A stretch of 64,000 nt of DNA, taken from contig CM082591.2 of the NCBI GenBank assembly GCA_040954595.2, positions 2,503,258 through 2,567,257 of the forward strand, in the 5' to 3' direction. The position numbers were made by a program, and so were the translations under genes. Positions 1 to 14,400 of the stretch are shown piece after piece. Under the pieces are notes generated by a model that was given only the letters and a program-made list of their open reading frames with translations, did not search any database and was not told the DNA's origin. Position 1 is the stretch's first letter, and the number at the start of each line of letters is the position of its first letter. This stretch comes from Balanoglossus misakiensis. Its lineage: Eukaryota > Animalia > Hemichordata.

Positions 1-2271
1 CGCAATCAAATAATACAAAAACACATAACAATCCACAAATGGCTTTGCGGACTCATGGGGGTTGTCGGGCCGTGCTGGTCGACTATCGATGAGTGCAACT
101 CGTATACATATGGGCTCCTAGAAATAAAAAAAAACTTCACCGCTAGTTGATTTTCTTGTTGGGTTTATTCATGAGCGTACGGACGCACACGCCAGCGTTA
201 CCCAACACTTCAACATATGGTATACGCGACTCTGCGGTTGTGCTGGAGCTAGGTTTAGCGACTGTGTCCGCCGCTCTCGGTGAACAGTGCACTTCGGGGT
301 TCTTCGAGGGCGGGAAACAAACCCGCCGACCGATCGGCGGAATTTTATTATCGAGAGCTGCTATACGGCAGCTGTCGGTTGCCGATGGAGTCGGACCGAG
401 TTCTGTAGAATTTGCTCAAAAGTAATCGCTGTAATTGTCGCCGCCACAGCGTTTACGAAATCATGTGACCCAGGTATTACCCAATGTTCATACTAAGTAT
501 TTTGGCCTGAAGAAGCACTTTTCAAACACAGTCTATATGCATACAATTCGAGAGAATTCAAATGTTTTCTTTCCTTTTACATTAATGAATGAATGAATAA
601 TAATGATATCCAGTCTGTCTCGCCACAGTAAAAATGTTGACTAAACGCTGAAGAGTGTCGGCCATGTCCGCCAAGACCGCAATTTGAACAATATCAAAAC
701 TGACAGACGATAGACCAAAGGTGTCTGGGGCAAATCTTCCATCGACGTGTTATTGGGAAGAGAGGCTAAAATTGTCTCGTGTACACAGTGCCGCTCATGC
801 GCACCGGTGCATCAGCTAGCATGAAAAAAATCAAATTTGCAGACGATTAACCTGACAGATTTTACCGCGTAAACTATCCGAATAGAATTATACAAAATTT
901 TAGTTCATGTAAAAAAAGTTTCACAACCCAGTTTAGATTTAATTCTGCGACAAGAATAGCTTTGTCTCAACTTGAAACTATTTATCCTTTCAAAGTTTCT
1001 ATGAAAAATGCGTTTGTGTGTTTTCCTATTGAAAATGTTGAGGAAATGTATCTTTGCGGAAGGGGTTACATTGTATACACATTGTAGAAAAGTGTAAACT
1101 TTGTAGGTCGATATGTTTGCTTTTCTGTTGTGTGCTGAAAGAAGCGGGACTTGCCTCGTGGATACTCGCTGAATAGCGGTTTATTTGCATTCGAAGTTTA
1201 GATTTCGTTATTCACGATGCTTTGAAAGAAAGCGGAAAGTGTTGGAATAGGAAAGACTTATTTCTTGAGGGAGAGTTGATAGAAATGTCTCCCTTCGTCA
1301 AAGCATTGAGACGTGGGAGTGATTTGGGCAGCGGGTAGAAGTAATCCTGTTTTCGGTCGCAGTGATCCGCCTCGGGGAACGGGGTAGAGTCAACGGGTAA
1401 AATACAGTGTTTACCTCTGACGCGGCCTTTTCTGTTCCGCTCGCCGTCACCCGTCCGTGGGGCGCTGAGGCGCGTTGCCGTCAGCGCCTCATATTGTTCA
1501 AATTAGCATATCCTCGCGCGCCGAAACCCCCCTTTCAAAAACTCTCTGCCGAAAAGGTCTCGTTTACGGCGGTGGAGTTGCAGTGTCCGACGGGCGTGTG
1601 TTCTCCAACGGAGGTCCACGCTTCACTCCTTCCCAGTGGCCCCTGAAGCGTCTGCGATGTATACAATCGCCCTTCCGCTTGACTAGTAGCGATCCGGGCG
1701 AAACGAATCGAAGTGTGATAGCGGGTCGGCGAATGCGAGACCTTTGAAATTCATTCAATTTACGAATTGAACTTCAAAATGACGGATATATTTAATGTAG
1801 TAGATTTATCTAATGTGCTTTACACAATAGACACCGAATAGAGTCCAGAAAAAAATCGCGTTTTTTTTTCTCCATGCGCGTACATTGTTACCACGGGCGA
1901 CTCATTTCGGATGTTTCGCGAATTTCGAAAAAGAAAGTACACATAATACCTGCTTCACCGATCACATCCGTTGATTTTGGGGGGCCCTAAAGATATTCCA
2001 GAGATTATCACGATTCGGTTAAACTCACCTGTCAAACATTGTGTGCAATCACCTTCTAACTCATGAATCCAGTTTACTCAGAAGCAACCTGGCCTAGTGG
2101 CCCCCCTTTTAGCAAAACACATTCTGCTAGTTACTTAGGCCTAAAGTCGTCTGGTAGAACTTTGTCGGGTATCGGCTGCCTGAGTGCATCTAGTATCAAG
2201 AATATCGTCTGGGATAAGTATGGGTTAAAATTGAAGGCTGTTATTTATGTTTCCTGCACTTTTAGTAATGT

Positions 2272-2416
2272 CCACCTCTATCTTTCTGTCTATATCGCTC
2301 TGGCCATCTCTTTCCTCAAGTTCGTCTCTCCCTGCCTGTCTGTCTGTATCTCTCCCCCTCTCTTCTCTCTCTCTGTCTCTCCCTCTCTTCTCGCTGTATC
2401 TCTTTCTCTTATCTCC
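2272..2416. repeat. Degenerate (CT)n/(CTGT)n low-complexity tract
   Basis: Read directly. Confidence 0.85.
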
Positions 2417-4869
2417 GGGATAGTACAATTATTACGATGCAAAAAAGCACCCATTGTTCACAATATGGCGTGACGCCAGAAGTTTCCGCTGGATATCTGC
2501 CGTTGAAAATGTTAAACTTTAAACCTGTAGTTTTTCAGTATATACAATTTGAATGCGACACACAGAAAGTCAATATTATATATTTGCACAGTTCAGACCG
2601 CCTGTAACACAACCAGAATATTACAACTTTTTCAGCCATGTGCGGATTTAGTGACACGAACACACTCAAGCGGAAGATTAAGATAGGCCGCACTCAACAC
2701 ATGTACACGTTAAATTTCGAATTTACCCCCAGGCAGAATGTTTTATCAAAAGTGTCATGGTCTGGCCTCATTTGCTGGTTGCTGGTTTTTCTATTTAATA
2801 TTGTGTAATCGTAAAGTATCGTAAAATTTTATGTATGATAAGGCGAGCACCCCATAAGTCACATTACTTACGAGACGTTCGCCGCGCACGCGACATGTCG
2901 TCTGTCTGAAATTTGAAACTTTCTTTCTCGTTTCTGGCAGCATGCGGCCATAATTTTAGAAAGGGTGTACAAGTTTTGTTAATCCGGGGCGTCGTGGACC
3001 AAAATCGCGCACGATTTCGTCAAAATTTGTATCACTTTGGAAAATTTCTGGCTGTTTTTGTTCGAATTTTGCTGAAACGGGCACCGTGATCATCATGTAT
3101 AATTGGTCCGTATCACATTCACCGCTGTTAGCCATACACAATAAACATCGATCGATAAGATAAAATCTTCGCGGTTTCCTTTTTGTTTTGCTTCGCGGAT
3201 ACAGACGATAATAAAGATAGTTGAAGTCCCATGAATACTAATGGGTACTTTTCAATAATCGAACAATCTGTTGCTTTCTAGTGTGCGCAGGCGCACATGA
3301 ACAATGTGAAGTTATCAGAGATCGTTGTTTGAGGGGGTCATTTGCGATTCATGGCTCAGTCGTTTAGAAGTCAATTTTGTGTCGGCGATTTTAGGGTGGA
3401 TAGATGTTGACTTGATTTCTTTAGTGTCAAGAGTACGGATACTACATATAAAAGAGAATCATTATCTATATAATACAGTGGGGATAATTATCTATATGAC
3501 ACAGAGCGCTTGTTTGTACGTATACCCCATCCCCAACTACGATCGTTTGTCCAGGCTTCTCAATCAATATTCTGTATGCTGTTCAGGAATTCGTGATTTT
3601 TTAGATTCACATAATTCTTTCGCTGTCATTCTGCTTCAGAGGCAACTTAGATTAATCGCCAGTACCTCTGTGAGGTACTCAACCAAATATCTCTTATTTA
3701 GTACAGTGTTGAGTATCACACACCCAATACAACCGAACGTCAATTAGTAAAAGTTACGCATAGGCTACAATGAATTTGCATCTTTCAGTACAAAGTGTCG
3801 GTCAAATAATTTCGAAAGCCTATTTTATGCTAGACAGGCCAAGTTGAAGGAATTTCATTTGTGTTTACCCGACGTCCCAAAATTAACACATGTCCTCTGA
3901 CATTCCCACGAGAATTCTTCGATCAAAGCGAAGGACGACCGACAAGAATGCGAGCACTTTTTGTCGTTTCCCAAAAAATTCTATCCGCCCATTTAAACAG
4001 GCAGTTGGCAGGCAACTGTCTCAGACAGGTTGGCATTTTAATAAAGTTTCAATCTTTCGGGGAGTTTTTGTGCCCTTTCAGCAGTTATTAAACTTTTTTG
4101 ACAAGCGATGAAAGTACCAGGCGTCAATGGCAACGTGTGAAGCCAGCCGCTAGGGTTGGTTTCCATTGATATAAAATGCACCTTTATGCTACAGCTAGCC
4201 GACAGCCCCAAGAAAGAACCCGCCTGATGGTACTTCTACATCTTCATTCACGTTTGATCTTTCCATCCGGGTACCAGCGCCATGGTAACCATTTATTTCG
4301 ACTGGGCGCGGACTGGAGATGAGAACAAAGCTGTTTTGGGGGGCCGAGACTCAAATAAATAAAACAAACATTTTATGAAGAGACAAAACAAAGGGATTCG
4401 GCCAATAAAGGTTATTTTGTCGTCTTTGTGATTTTCGTCCACGAAGACAATGCTTGAGATAGATTATCAATACAGGTATCCGAGGAAAGGGGACAGGAAT
4501 TCCTGTGATGGAAGGCGCCGTCTCAGGACAATCTCTAGACCCCAAAATATCCAACCAAAAACAAGAAACAAAGACATGACCCTGGAGGAAAGTAATGTTC
4601 GTGTTTTCGCGCTGTCACATTTTCTAGAACGGTAGAAATGATTATTGTCGTATGGTATTGGAAGTTAAATGTTTGATATATGTTGTGTCCTGGGACTTTG
4701 CTAATGCTACTAAACTACAGTACAGCTTTCGTCATTCGAACATCAGTACTGTTTTGTAAGAAAGAAACGGGTTTGCAAAATTCAAACGGCTGTAGCTGCT
4801 AGCCCTTGAGAACTAAATGTCATTTTCCAGCGTGAGAAAAACATCACTGCGATGGACTTAAAGTTTGAC

Positions 4870-4883
4870 GTTTCCATAGAAAC
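4870..4883. promoter_or_regulatory. RFX X-box GTTTCCATAGAAAC
   Basis: Near-perfect palindromic X-box; related sites at 4120-4134 and 4276-4289. Confidence 0.45.
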
Positions 4884-7800
4884 CCAGCAAAGCATTGATA
4901 TAATTTTTGTATGGCCTCGCAATGCCCACATGCGGGTACGTCTGTCCCAACAACTCGCCAGAAACACAAAAACGGCCTACCCACAGGCAATGAAAGAATG
5001 GACGTCCACTGGCAGACATAAGGATGCTTTTGAAAAAAAATATTATGCCTATGAAAAAATAGACGGAAATAAACAATATACATGGTATAAAGAGATCCAT
5101 GAAGGAATGCTGATTTCATATATGCGGGTAGCGGCCGTTGGCAAACTACATCATGGCCTTGTCAAGAAATACTGTACCAAAGATATTGATAAGACTATTG
5201 AAATGCTTTATAATTATATAAGGATATTATTCATTTTAGTCAGTTATAGTCAAAAGGGGCAGAAACGTTCGTTTATTAAAAATCGCAAAAGGTTATATTT
5301 TCTGAATGACCCTCCCCTACACACACGAGCGAACATCATCTGTCAAAATCCTTAACGCGTTCGTGTTCTACTTGAACATGCATTTGGTGGCGATGTAACT
5401 GTCGACGTTCTCGTCTTTGTCGAGAAATGATAGCCATTACGTGGCAATTACGTTCAGTTCATCGCACGCCGAAAATACCGTCCTTCCGAATGTGAACTTT
5501 GACCCCTGAAGAGTCTGTAAGCTATTGTGCGCAACAATGCAATCGTGGAACCGATGGGGGAGAGAAATGATATTAATAATACACAAACCTTTCCGTCGGC
5601 TTTTTGATCGTCATAAGTGACACAATCAGATTGTGGGGGGGGGGGGGGGGGCAAGCACGAGGAATTTTGAAGGTCTATTACTTTGGGTTAGATGTCGCTG
5701 ATTACGAAGGAGGGGATAACTATTGATTATGACGAGTTCGTTGATTCATTACTCCAATTAAACCATCTTTCGCGCTATCTTCCTTCGTTTGTCTTTCACG
5801 GCGTATTAGCTTTGGAGATCTGTCAGAGACAATGCGAAACAAGCGATTACATCGGCCGCGTCGGCGTTACAGAGTAATCAAGACCCGCGCGCGTCTTCCG
5901 GGTCGGTTGCCACGAACTACCAGATCTTAAACATCGCTGTTTTTTCTACTTAATCGTCGCTTTAGCGAAAGGGGGGATAATGGTTTCACTTCCTTATCAA
6001 GATCGCTTCTTTTTTTCCCCGTCGTCTTTGAATAGACGAGTAATTGCGCCGGTTGCCTCTCCAATCGCGGATGCAAGGAGCGCGCTGACAAGGATGTCAC
6101 CATGATTACTTAGTCCAACAGGATGGAGAAAATGACTCTCTTATTTTGCGCATGAGATTGATAACATAGGTTTTGCTGACCCCCGAGATCAATCCGGGAT
6201 TTCACGAGATCAGCCGCGGGATTTGACATCTCTTGAAGTATGTCCAATCTTCTGGCGACATTCGAGAGAATTATGACAAATTACAGTTGTCAAAGTGACA
6301 ACGCTGTTATCGGGAAGCGTTTAGAGCCAATCTATCCGTCTGAGAGATTTTTTATAGGAACAGATTATTTCTGCCAAAATCTGAGATGAAACCAAGTAGA
6401 GTTGAGTCAATTTGGAAAAAAAAACGTGCGTTGATGATATACATGATTCATCTAAGAAAACATTAGCTAAAATGTTCAATTTTCTTACAAATATATTTTG
6501 CGTTTTTCTTACTTACAGTGGACGAAAGGGGCGGGATTTATCACTCTTCTGAACAGATAACTGTTAGGGTGAATTTCTTGAAAATGGCATCTTGGTTCGT
6601 TTCCTTAAATGAATGTTAAAGCTATATAGCGATGGTGAAGGACTTTTATATTATCTGAAGCTCTGCCTTCTGTCTTCAAACTGAAATGCTCAGTAAATTT
6701 GGAAAATTGGACAATTGTAAAACCGTCTGAGTCTCTTTCAACCCAGATTGTTCTTTTCAGATTAGCATTTTTGACATGGCACTAAAATCATGTCTTTCAA
6801 AATAATTTCTCAGATAGCTGACTTTGGCTTATCGGTGACCTAGAGATCAAGCCGAGATTTTCACGATATCAAATATGTAATCCCTTTTTCAAGCTCTTCA
6901 TTAATATGCGACAAACGCGGGCGCGGATTTTTTTGCGGGTATCCGGCGATAGGTGCGGGCAAAGTAATTTGATTGAACTTGACTTTTAAACGGATTTCTT
7001 GGGATATTTCCTTACAGCGGAACGGAATGTGACCAAACGGTAGATGAATTGTGCTCAGATAAGCCTGCGAGGTCGCCCTATCTGACGTTCCTCAGCGCGC
7101 GCGGTGATGTTGTCGCCAAACCCCACAAAGAAAACTCAGACACGTCATCGCTACTGGGAAATCTTTTCTGGGTCGGACCGGAAATACAAAATGGCTATCT
7201 TTCACCAAAAGCGCGCCTTAACTTTGGTACAAATCTATCGTCTGCACTGACATAGACGAGCAGCTGTTTTTGGTTACACATTCTATCGTCTGCACAGATG
7301 CAGGTGAACGTACAGCTGTATTATCTAAACACTGAGAGTTGATGAAGGCAGACAAGAAAGTCTGGCCAATTTGGTAACCTACAAATTTAGCCTCAGTAAT
7401 CAACTTTACAGTCATTTAACATTGAAATGAAACGTTTCAATACACATGCCACGAACGTGACAGCATAAAGCACAGAAAATAAGGACACGTCTGAATCGCT
7501 TTTGGCATCAGTGTTATTACCAAGTTTACCATGACATAAGAGAGAATTAAAACCACAGAGGGGAGTTTTGAACTGCTTGACGTTTGATAGACTTCAAGGA
7601 CAGGTGTAATTACCGGACAATCTTCAAAGTGGACAGTGGGCGTGCGGAAATGCGGTGCGCGATAAAAGTGTCCACCGGTGAGAAGAACTGCGCCAATTGT
7701 TACTTCTTTCTGGAAAGTTAATTTAGTTTTATTGTAAAGGTTTGGATGGTGATTAAAGTGATTGGTAACCACCGTGAGATGTTTGAAGTCTCCCGATCTG

Positions 7801-10489
7801 TCGTCAAGACGCTCTCTGTCAAGACTGCGAGGCTGAGATTGATGGGGATTTAATAGGCTTGGGCTGGCAGTGTCATCCCACAAGCCGTTTGCTTTTGCTG
7901 ACTTATTCTCCGGCGTTTTTATTTTTGTTGAGAGAAGGCAACTTTGATAAGTTCAGATAAACAGATCCTGTCAAACTGACAAGTGTTTGAACTTTACGGC
8001 TCGGTCCGCGGCCGAGGCCAAAAGTTGGACAAATCGATCGTTCTGGAGAACGGTCTCCGCTTGATTCTATGTAATAAAATTAACAGCGAAAGAACCTTGT
8101 GAGTTTTTTTCTGGAAGAACGTTCAGTTTATCGTCTGGTCGGTTTGAATGTCACATTTCTAAATATAGATTTTACATTTTAATCAGATCGGAGCAAAACT
8201 ATTACAAAGAATACACTTCGTTTACGAACGACAAAGATTCGATCGGATTTGATATTTCTCGCCGAGACTGCGAGTAATCATGCGTCGTTCCGCTAGCATT
8301 TTGGAAATGTTGGCGATTAGATTGCGCGCGCAACCTGTCGAAAGGTAAACCGGAGCGGGGAGTAACGACGGACGGAAATCGACGTTTTGTATCTCACTGC
8401 GGGGATATTTTGACAAATTGCTGACGTCATTACCGATGGTTGCCTATTAAGTCGAAAAGATCCGACGCAGAAGTCAAAACCACGCAGGGAAATCATCGTT
8501 CAAGTTGAAATCAACCTGACTTTTTGCTAATGTCAAACGACGGTGCGCCGTTTCAGTAGGTTGCTAATCTCTATCTGCAAGCGTGTGTGGGGGAAGAGTC
8601 CGCATCTGAAACTGAATCTAAATATAGTCCAGAAAACCGGGGAAACGTAAGTCAAGTCCTGACTTTATTAGTTCTTTGACCGAGTTCAAAATTCTTAATG
8701 ATCTTCTAGTCAAGTTCGGTTATTAAAAAGTACATTTTCTGTGTTGTTGAAGTTTGGGACGGAAAAAATGAGTAATATGTATTATTCCCTAAAAACTGAC
8801 AGCGAAAGAATGACTCACAGTTTCCGAGTTGTATCAATACAACATTAAGGCACAGGAGTCTAAAATTTGGGCAATTCTAAACTGCAGCTAATTGTCTTGT
8901 CACATTTTTTCTGAAACCTAAAAATAGTCGACACGGTCCGCTGAAAAAGCTAGGGTAAAAGACCCGAAATTCCGCAATCAAATTTTTGTTGAATTCGTCA
9001 GTGGCGTTCTCATTGTTCGAAAGCCACCGCGCCCTCTTTCTCATCTTTGTTTCTGACCCCCCCCCCCCCCCCCCCCCCCACCCCAAGTATCCAGGACACG
9101 GGCGGTGTTATACCACTGAAGATGTATCGATATTTTGTCTTATTGTAACTTAAAATACCGCCATTTGACCTTCACTTGTGCAAAAATGTCGGTCGAAATT
9201 CGTTATTAACAATGATGTGGATTGTGCGTCTTAGGCGTAGTGCCTGGCCACCGGTAATTAACTTGCCGCGATCACTGTTCGCCGTTCCTCCACCTTTTGT
9301 AAATTAAGAAATTCCATTCTAAATAAGTCAGGCCAGCTTTCTCATTAACTTGTGGTCGGTAACGTTTAACACGACAGCTGTCGGGGAAGTTGAAAAAAGA
9401 AGAAAGAAACTGTGAATGCAAATGAGGTCCAGACACACCTTAGTCCAGGTGGGCAAATCCTATCAAGCTGTCGATCAAATAAATTGTATCCTTTTGTCCT
9501 CACAAGATGTTCTCTAGTTTGACAATGCCTTTGGTTAGTTGCGATGGGGTCTGTCGGGTTGTCTCGAGAGGTGAGAGTATGGTTAAAGTTTTCGAACTAA
9601 ATTCCACTTATTCTGGCTTTCCAGTCACGTAGTCACGTGATCACCTATCTCAGTATCAGCAGTAGGATTACTTTTGGAAAGAACTTCACAAGGGATGTAT
9701 ATTTTTTCATTTTAGTCTCCCCCCCCCCCCCCCATTTGAAGGCGTTATGATCACTTCCTGAAAGACACTTTCTTTTGCTGTACACTGTTGGATTTAATAT
9801 CGATAATGAAGCGCTTGACGCCTCAACCCCTAACCCCGGAGCACGTAGAAACGAAATGCACTTCATTATATCATAATCCCATCAGACGAGCCGACAATTT
9901 ATTCCGCGCTAAATGAAATTTTGGTCGTCAAAAAAAAAACTTTTCAGTAAATTTTCGCGCTCACTTTGTATAGAAACGTTTACCAGAATCTGGTGAGAAC
10001 AATGCTGTTTCGAATAAACGATTTAAGTTACGAAATTGCGAAAGTCCCCCGTTTTAAGAAGAATATCCTTTTTATGGTAAACATGATAGTCACGTGACAT
10101 CTGAACAGGCCTGCTTCTCAATGCATTCGTCCAAACTTTTCACTGATTCTTGTTATTCGTTGAATACTCCTGGTTCCTAATTAAGCTTGTAATTATATAG
10201 CTGTGGCAAGTTTATGTATCTAAGATTAATTTCCATTGTTTATCGACTTCAAAATAGAAAAGACATTTTTTCAATAACTTTTCCGTTTATCGGCTCACTT
10301 GTTCTCAAGACTTTATGTCGCCAGCCTGCCACTGGATCTAAAATTAATTATGGGGATTATATTAATGAGCGTTAGTGTGACGTCACTGTCTTACTTGAGT
10401 GTTGGTCAATTAAGAAAATGCATCTTCTCCCGAGAAAGCTTATTCTAAAATTAAATGTTGGAGATTGAGAAGAGTGTCGTGGTGGACGA

Positions 10490-10543
10490 CTATCTGTCTG
10501 TCTGTCTGCCTGCCTCTCTGCCTGTCTGTCTGTCTCTCTCTCT
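10490..10543. repeat. (TGTC/TGCC)n-(TC)n microsatellite
   Basis: Read directly. Confidence 0.85.
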
Positions 10544-11404
10544 GACACTGATATGCGTACAGTATATGCCAACAACATAGCTGTCAAACATAGATACATT
10601 TGTACATGACTGCGGTACACGCAGAGTTCACAACCCGATAATATTGACATTTTCGATTTGGTTTCTAGAAAAGGGGTGACTCTTTTTTCTCTAAGTTCCC
10701 TCTGACAACCGTCTTCTCCTAGTCATCAATATGCTAATTTGGCTGTCGATTGAAGGGCGCAGACTGAGGAGGCAAGACTCGTCGAGCTACAATAGTTTCA
10801 CCCATGGTTGCACTTGCGTGTGTTATAGACCTCCAATTCTTACCGCTCTCTCTCCATTGAATCGTCGGCATCTTCAAACCGAACGATTAACCATCGAGGT
10901 TCTATTTCATTTGGCGGGGTCAGCGGAGCCTCAATGGGGTCACCCGCGAGTCTAGTGAGTTAGCGGGGTCAACCTAATGGAGGCTTTAACACAAATCGCA
11001 CAGAGGCAATTTAAAACAAAATTTATGTCGTCAAAAAGTCCATTTTGGCGCGAATGATACCGCCCCCGTGGGTGTATTTCTTCGCGCTCTGGCTGCACCT
11101 ATCTTTCCCGGCGTCCTCGGGGTATCTTGAGCTCTATTATTTCCGCCACTAGAGGGCAGTCACCACATCGCTCGGGTGCCCAACTCACTTTTACACCATT
11201 TTTGCCCCGAGGAAGTGACGACTTTTCAAAAGTCACTTCCCCGGTATAAATGAATCAACCTAACCGACTGACCGACTCATTTATTTATTGAATGTTGACG
11301 GTAAATTGATTCAAGGGGGGATGATTCTGAATCGAAAACGTGGACTTTCAGCTAGTAGGCCTGAAGTCATCTTTTACAAAAAAGACCGCAAATCGTGAAA
11401 TAAG

Positions 11405-11433
11405 GTGTGTGTGTGTGTCTACGTGTGTGTGTG
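11405..11433. repeat. Interrupted (GT)n microsatellite
   Basis: Read directly. Confidence 0.85.
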
Positions 11434-14400
11434 TTTGCGCGGGTTTTTTTATCGTCTGCCTGCTCAAGCTGGCGTTTCGGCATGAATGACGCTGTCAGTG
11501 AGCAGGGCACAGCCGCGTGAAAGCACATGTCCACTTTGCAGAGCAGCTCCTTGAAGCAGAAAGAAATCGAGTGTCGTCTTTTTTTACCCAAATGCCCGCG
11601 AGCCACCCGTTGACAACAGACAGCGGTCTCAGTGACGTGTCCCACTTTTCATTCGAGCGCAGTTTTTAGTTTTTTTGCTCATCTGTTGTGACTTTGAGTG
11701 AGGGGCAAAGCATCATGAAACAAAGAAGATTAATAATTATCTCATACTTGTAGGTCTTATACAACATATAATCCCTGTTAATAGATATCCAACTCCGAAA
11801 TGTGACCATTTATTGTAATGAGCAAAACCAAAAATAAACGAACGGGTGTTTCCGGTCTGTATAATTGCCAGAGACCAAAAAAATCACTCCAGTCGGCGAT
11901 TGGAAACAGTTTTTTAAATTATTCCGAATCTCGCAAACTGAAGAGTGACAAAAATACCGCTTGATTTGTGATGTGTGTGTTTGACTCACGACTATCTCAC
12001 TGACTTCACAATTGACGCGGATGATCATTGGACGCAATGAAGTCTTAAGATTCTAACGGTTGACTGTCACCGACGTTCAATCAGAACGATCAGCGCCAAC
12101 TGATGACTATTACAAACACTTCAAATCCGTTAATTGCCCAGAAAGTTAAAAGTTTGAACAATGAAAACGACAAATGATCGCGGACAATATAACAAATTGT
12201 AGTTTAAACACTTCGATCCGTTACTCAGCGAGAAGACAACTTATGTTGTTGAATCCAATTTTACATACGCGTTCGTATATCATTCCATGGTAACGTGTTA
12301 TTTTCAATTGAATGATCTAAAAATCAGTCAATCACATGAACAGTAAACCGCTTCATGTGTTGTTCCAAACAAGCCCTCGACGTGGTTAATTCTCCGGAAT
12401 CTTCTCGGAGGTATATCTTACTAGAAATCTAAGCTTGGTATCAAGAGTCTTTCAAGAAGACATTATCAGTTCCAAGAGGGCTCTTGTTTTACCCCACTTG
12501 GTTCTCTGAGGAGTCTTGAAGGAGGTCGATATTTCCTCTTTTGGAAACTTTGAAATCGAACCTGTAAACCAGGGCAGTGGGCCAAAAGCAAACCAAGCGA
12601 AGTGTCATTTTTGTGCACGCACCGATACACATGTATTTTGAGACACTTCAGAAAAACAAAAGCGGGCATGGCATGATCACTGATCCTGTTCTGAGTAAAT
12701 CGTTAGAAAAGCTTGTAATTTTCAAGAGACTGAACAAACAGCGTAGCAACTCGGGTAAATATCGCGGATAAATAGGAAATTATGCGAGGGGGTTCTTTTG
12801 TCCGTGGCTTTAGCGTCGACGGAAGCGCGATGATTGGGTGAATGTGAGAAGGGGACGGGTTTAATAGGGGATATTTACAAAGGGGACGAGCGCTCTGAAT
12901 GGCACGAAAGATATCTTGTGTTCATGGGTGTTACATGGCCGGCAACTAAGGGAGAACCAGCGAACACACAGATCCCCAGTCCCTTTCTTGCCCTCGATGA
13001 ATGTGAATTGATCGCGAGAACAAGGGGGGCTTTCAACCACACAAAATGGTCCGTAGCCGGGGCTCACAATCGTTCAATTATTCCGACAGAGACAGCTAAT
13101 TAAAATGGGACGTTAATTGTGTGTGTTTTAATTAACCCAAGTCGCGGTAAATGAGGTGCGACCAGGCTGGGTGAATAGGGCCCGAATATCAAGTAGGCTG
13201 GCTACGATCTTGGCTCGGATAAAGGGCTTACTATATTTGCACGATTAATTTACGTGCAAATAGACCGGATAATGGTGACGAGACAGTGCCGGGGCTCACA
13301 GACAATGCCCGTTTTCGTTTTTTTGTGGCCTCTGGCTTTTCAGCGACTCTGAGCCATTGACAGGAGGGGGTAATGCAGGAGTGATTCCAGCGTTATATTT
13401 GCCCAATGGTTCAACGGGGGCCGCATCTCCGAGTCAACAACACCAAGGGTATTAAACGTAAGGCTTTAGTCACTTTCACTCACACCAAGAAGTAGCCATA
13501 AGTAATCTCTTTGGCTTCTATTTGCCCCGCCCTTCATCCACTTCTATAGAGTGACCAACAACCAGACTAGGCCGCTCCGATTTCACTTCACTCAGCACCA
13601 AATGGGTTACTAACATGTATATTTCTCATTGAATTCTCCCGGCCTTGAAGACGCAACTATTGTCAGACTGGTTTCTTTAAAGTTGTTTTCCTCACCAACT
13701 CCTCGCATTTGAATGAAAAAGAGGGATGGCTTCTACGATCGCCAAAGCAGCGTTTTCTGTTTCTTGTTTTGTTTGTCTTGGAGTGCGCACGGTAGCCAAG
13801 TGGTTGTTTAAAATCGCATCCATCAATGTAAGGGTATCGCCGGCGAAGTGGTGAAAGTGATTACAGACACACCGGTGAAATTGACCAGAAATGTACATAA
13901 GGGGGGAGGTCGCTTTTGTGAAACGGATCACACGGCCGTGAATTGTAGCTACTCTAATCGTTTCTCGCTGCCATTTCACAGCGACTTGCTCATATGTTGT
14001 CGTGTTCTCTGCTGTCCGGCCCTGTCAACGGCGTGTGCGTGCAATCCATCAAGAAATCGAACGCTTGCAAAGGTGAGCGCGCGCGCATGCTCCGAGATTG
14101 CTTCAAGCAATAATGATACCTGGGTCAGACTTAGCGAGCGACAAGTTCTTTTCACCCAAGTAACTGCAATATTTGTGTTGAAGCTATAGACTTTTTTTCT
14201 CTCCAGTCACCTGACTTTTGACCAATTCGGGGGTGAAGACGGGTTGCTCCCCTGGGAGCGCGCCGCGTCCTTTCGCTCATGCAAAACGACTCGCCGCGCA
14301 TTCACTGGAAAGTGTTGACTGTGTGGCCCCTTCAGTTTGGGGAGGAGGGGGGGGGGGCAAATCACCCGACCCCACATCGCGACTTTGCCCCTGGAAACAC

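Noticed and set aside
4852-5355. 167-aa ORF, longest in the window
   Set aside because: No recognisable domain or exon context; this length can occur by chance. A BLASTP/HMM search would settle it.
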